Shown here in pieces: positions 62,441 to 64,000 of a DNA stretch of 64,000 nucleotides. Location: contig NC_057718.1 in assembly GCF_004010195.1 (NCBI RefSeq), positions 15,667,416 to 15,731,415 of the forward strand, written 5' to 3'. Position 1 is the first letter of the stretch. Every line of letters begins with the position of its first letter. The notes under the pieces are model-generated. The model saw only the letters and a program-made list of their open reading frames with translations, was not told the origin of the DNA and did not search any database. The translations under genes and the position numbers were made by a program. Source of the DNA: Chiloscyllium plagiosum. Its lineage: Eukaryota.

Positions 62441-62809
62441 TGGTTTGAGGGGGTATCTCAACATCACCTTCTCAAAGACAATTTGGAATAGGAAATAAAT
62501 ACTGGCCTTTCTAAAAAAAAAAAGCAGTAGCGTTTTCATTCCTCCTTTGAAAATTAGCCACTTCACACTTGGCTATATCGAATTTCATTTATTTGCCAAT
62601 TCTGCAAGTTTGTTTTTCTTGCTGCATTCTGGCTACATGTACACAATTTGATATGTTGTCTATAAATTTCAACCATAAGTTAATTTTTCTTTGGCAATGG
62701 AACAAATAAATGAAGTTAAAATACAGTTAAGACACAATCTGTTTTCCTAGGTGAGGAAAACAACGATCTGGAAGGTCAACTGAGAAAAAAGCAGACTATT
62801 GCTTTGGCA

Positions 62810-63190
62810 CCCCATTCACCAGAACTAACACTCACTCATTCACTGCCACTGCACTGTTGATATCTGCAAGACTACAGCAACTCACTGAGGCTTCTCTGAC
62901 AGCATCTTGCAAAGATATGACCCCCACTGACAAGAAGAGCAAGGGCAGTTGGTACATAGGACCCAAAAACAACTGTAAGATTCCCCACCATGTCATATGT
63001 TTTCTTGACTTGGAAATATATCACTGCTCCTTCACTGTAATTGGATTGGAAGCACCCGGCCGAACAGTACGGTTGGTGCTTTGAAACCATATGAACTGCA
63101 GTGGTTCAAGGTAGCTCATCATTTTCTCGAGACAGTTAAGGATGTACAATAAAAGTTGGTCTTGAAATACCTACATCACATGAGTACATA
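62810..63190 (+). mobile_element. Old LINE-tail/SINE-type repeat
   Basis: Similar to 14670-15035, 25640-25810 and 41600-41790. Confidence 0.55.
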
Positions 63191-64000
63191 AAATAAACCA
63201 TCTAGTGGGAACGGGCTGGAGTAGCTGAATGGCCTATTCTTGTTCCAATATCAGTCACTCACCTTTTTCTTCTTGAACATCAAAAATATGATATTATGAG
63301 TTTCTACTTATCTAGAAATTGGGCAGATTAAGTATCAGTAAAGGCCATAGTTTTTAAGTCAACATTTTTGTGGCTTGCAGCTGCATTAATGTTTAAAGGT
63401 TCTGTAGAAAAAAAGCATTGATTTTGTTTTTGGCACTACTTCGTAAATCATTAAAACCAAATATGTGATCAGCATACAAACTTTCTGAGGCCAATGTTAA
63501 AAAAACGTACATTCTATTTATTGGACGGCCAAAACAAATAAACTGCTAATTTCTACAGGAGGAACTGAGCTTCACAGCTTCGAAGCTTCTCAGTAATCCT
63601 ATCAAATATTTCTTAACAACCACCTGCTTAGTTCAATTTGAGTTCCAGCAGGATTGTTTGGTTCCAGATCTCATTCTAGACTCAATCTAAGTGTAAGCTT
63701 AAAAGCAAAATTCCTCAAGTAAGTTTGTTAAGGTACCTATTCGAGATGGCTCAGGGAATCCCTAATGGACTCGACGTACCATCTTGGTTCATCATGGAGA
63801 TCGTATTCTGTAGGAGTCTGGAATTTAAAACTCTTACAGACAGTTTAGTTTAAATTATTACCTTTATTTACCAATTGCATCAATATGCGACAATAACATA
63901 GATACCTACAAGCCAGGCTTGAGCTAAGGTTCTAAAACCTTTAGCAGAGTAGAGGTGTCAGCTCTTACCCCTAAGAGTTTTCTCAGGCTACTCCCCTTTT

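Overview
Vertebrate genomic DNA, almost certainly from a shark (HE1-type V-SINEs, shark-type CR1 LINEs, Neptune- and Poseidon-type Penelope-like elements), with five assembly gaps. It holds two host genes, both on the minus strand. One is the 5' part of AHCTF1/ELYS: a CpG-island promoter at about 19.1-20.3 kb and coding exons at 4610-4730 and 1573-1826. The other is an essentially complete five-exon steroid 5-alpha-reductase, SRD5A2-like (59454 to 44578). Between them lies a defective class I endogenous retrovirus resembling the HERV-I/HERV-IP group (about 29.5-36.0 kb, minus strand), nested in a CR1. The most notable observations are: (1) about 15 minimal hammerhead-ribozyme motifs in at least three covarying families, carried by Penelope-like elements and their short inverted derivatives; (2) one such inverted element whose target-site duplication contains a candidate SRD5A2 poly(A) signal; (3) an apparently chimeric ERV, with a second polypurine tract inside gag, LTRs that match for 264 bp and then diverge, and a long hairpin at the predicted start of R. 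All family assignments come from recognising sequence by eye, not from database searches, and repeat boundaries are approximate.
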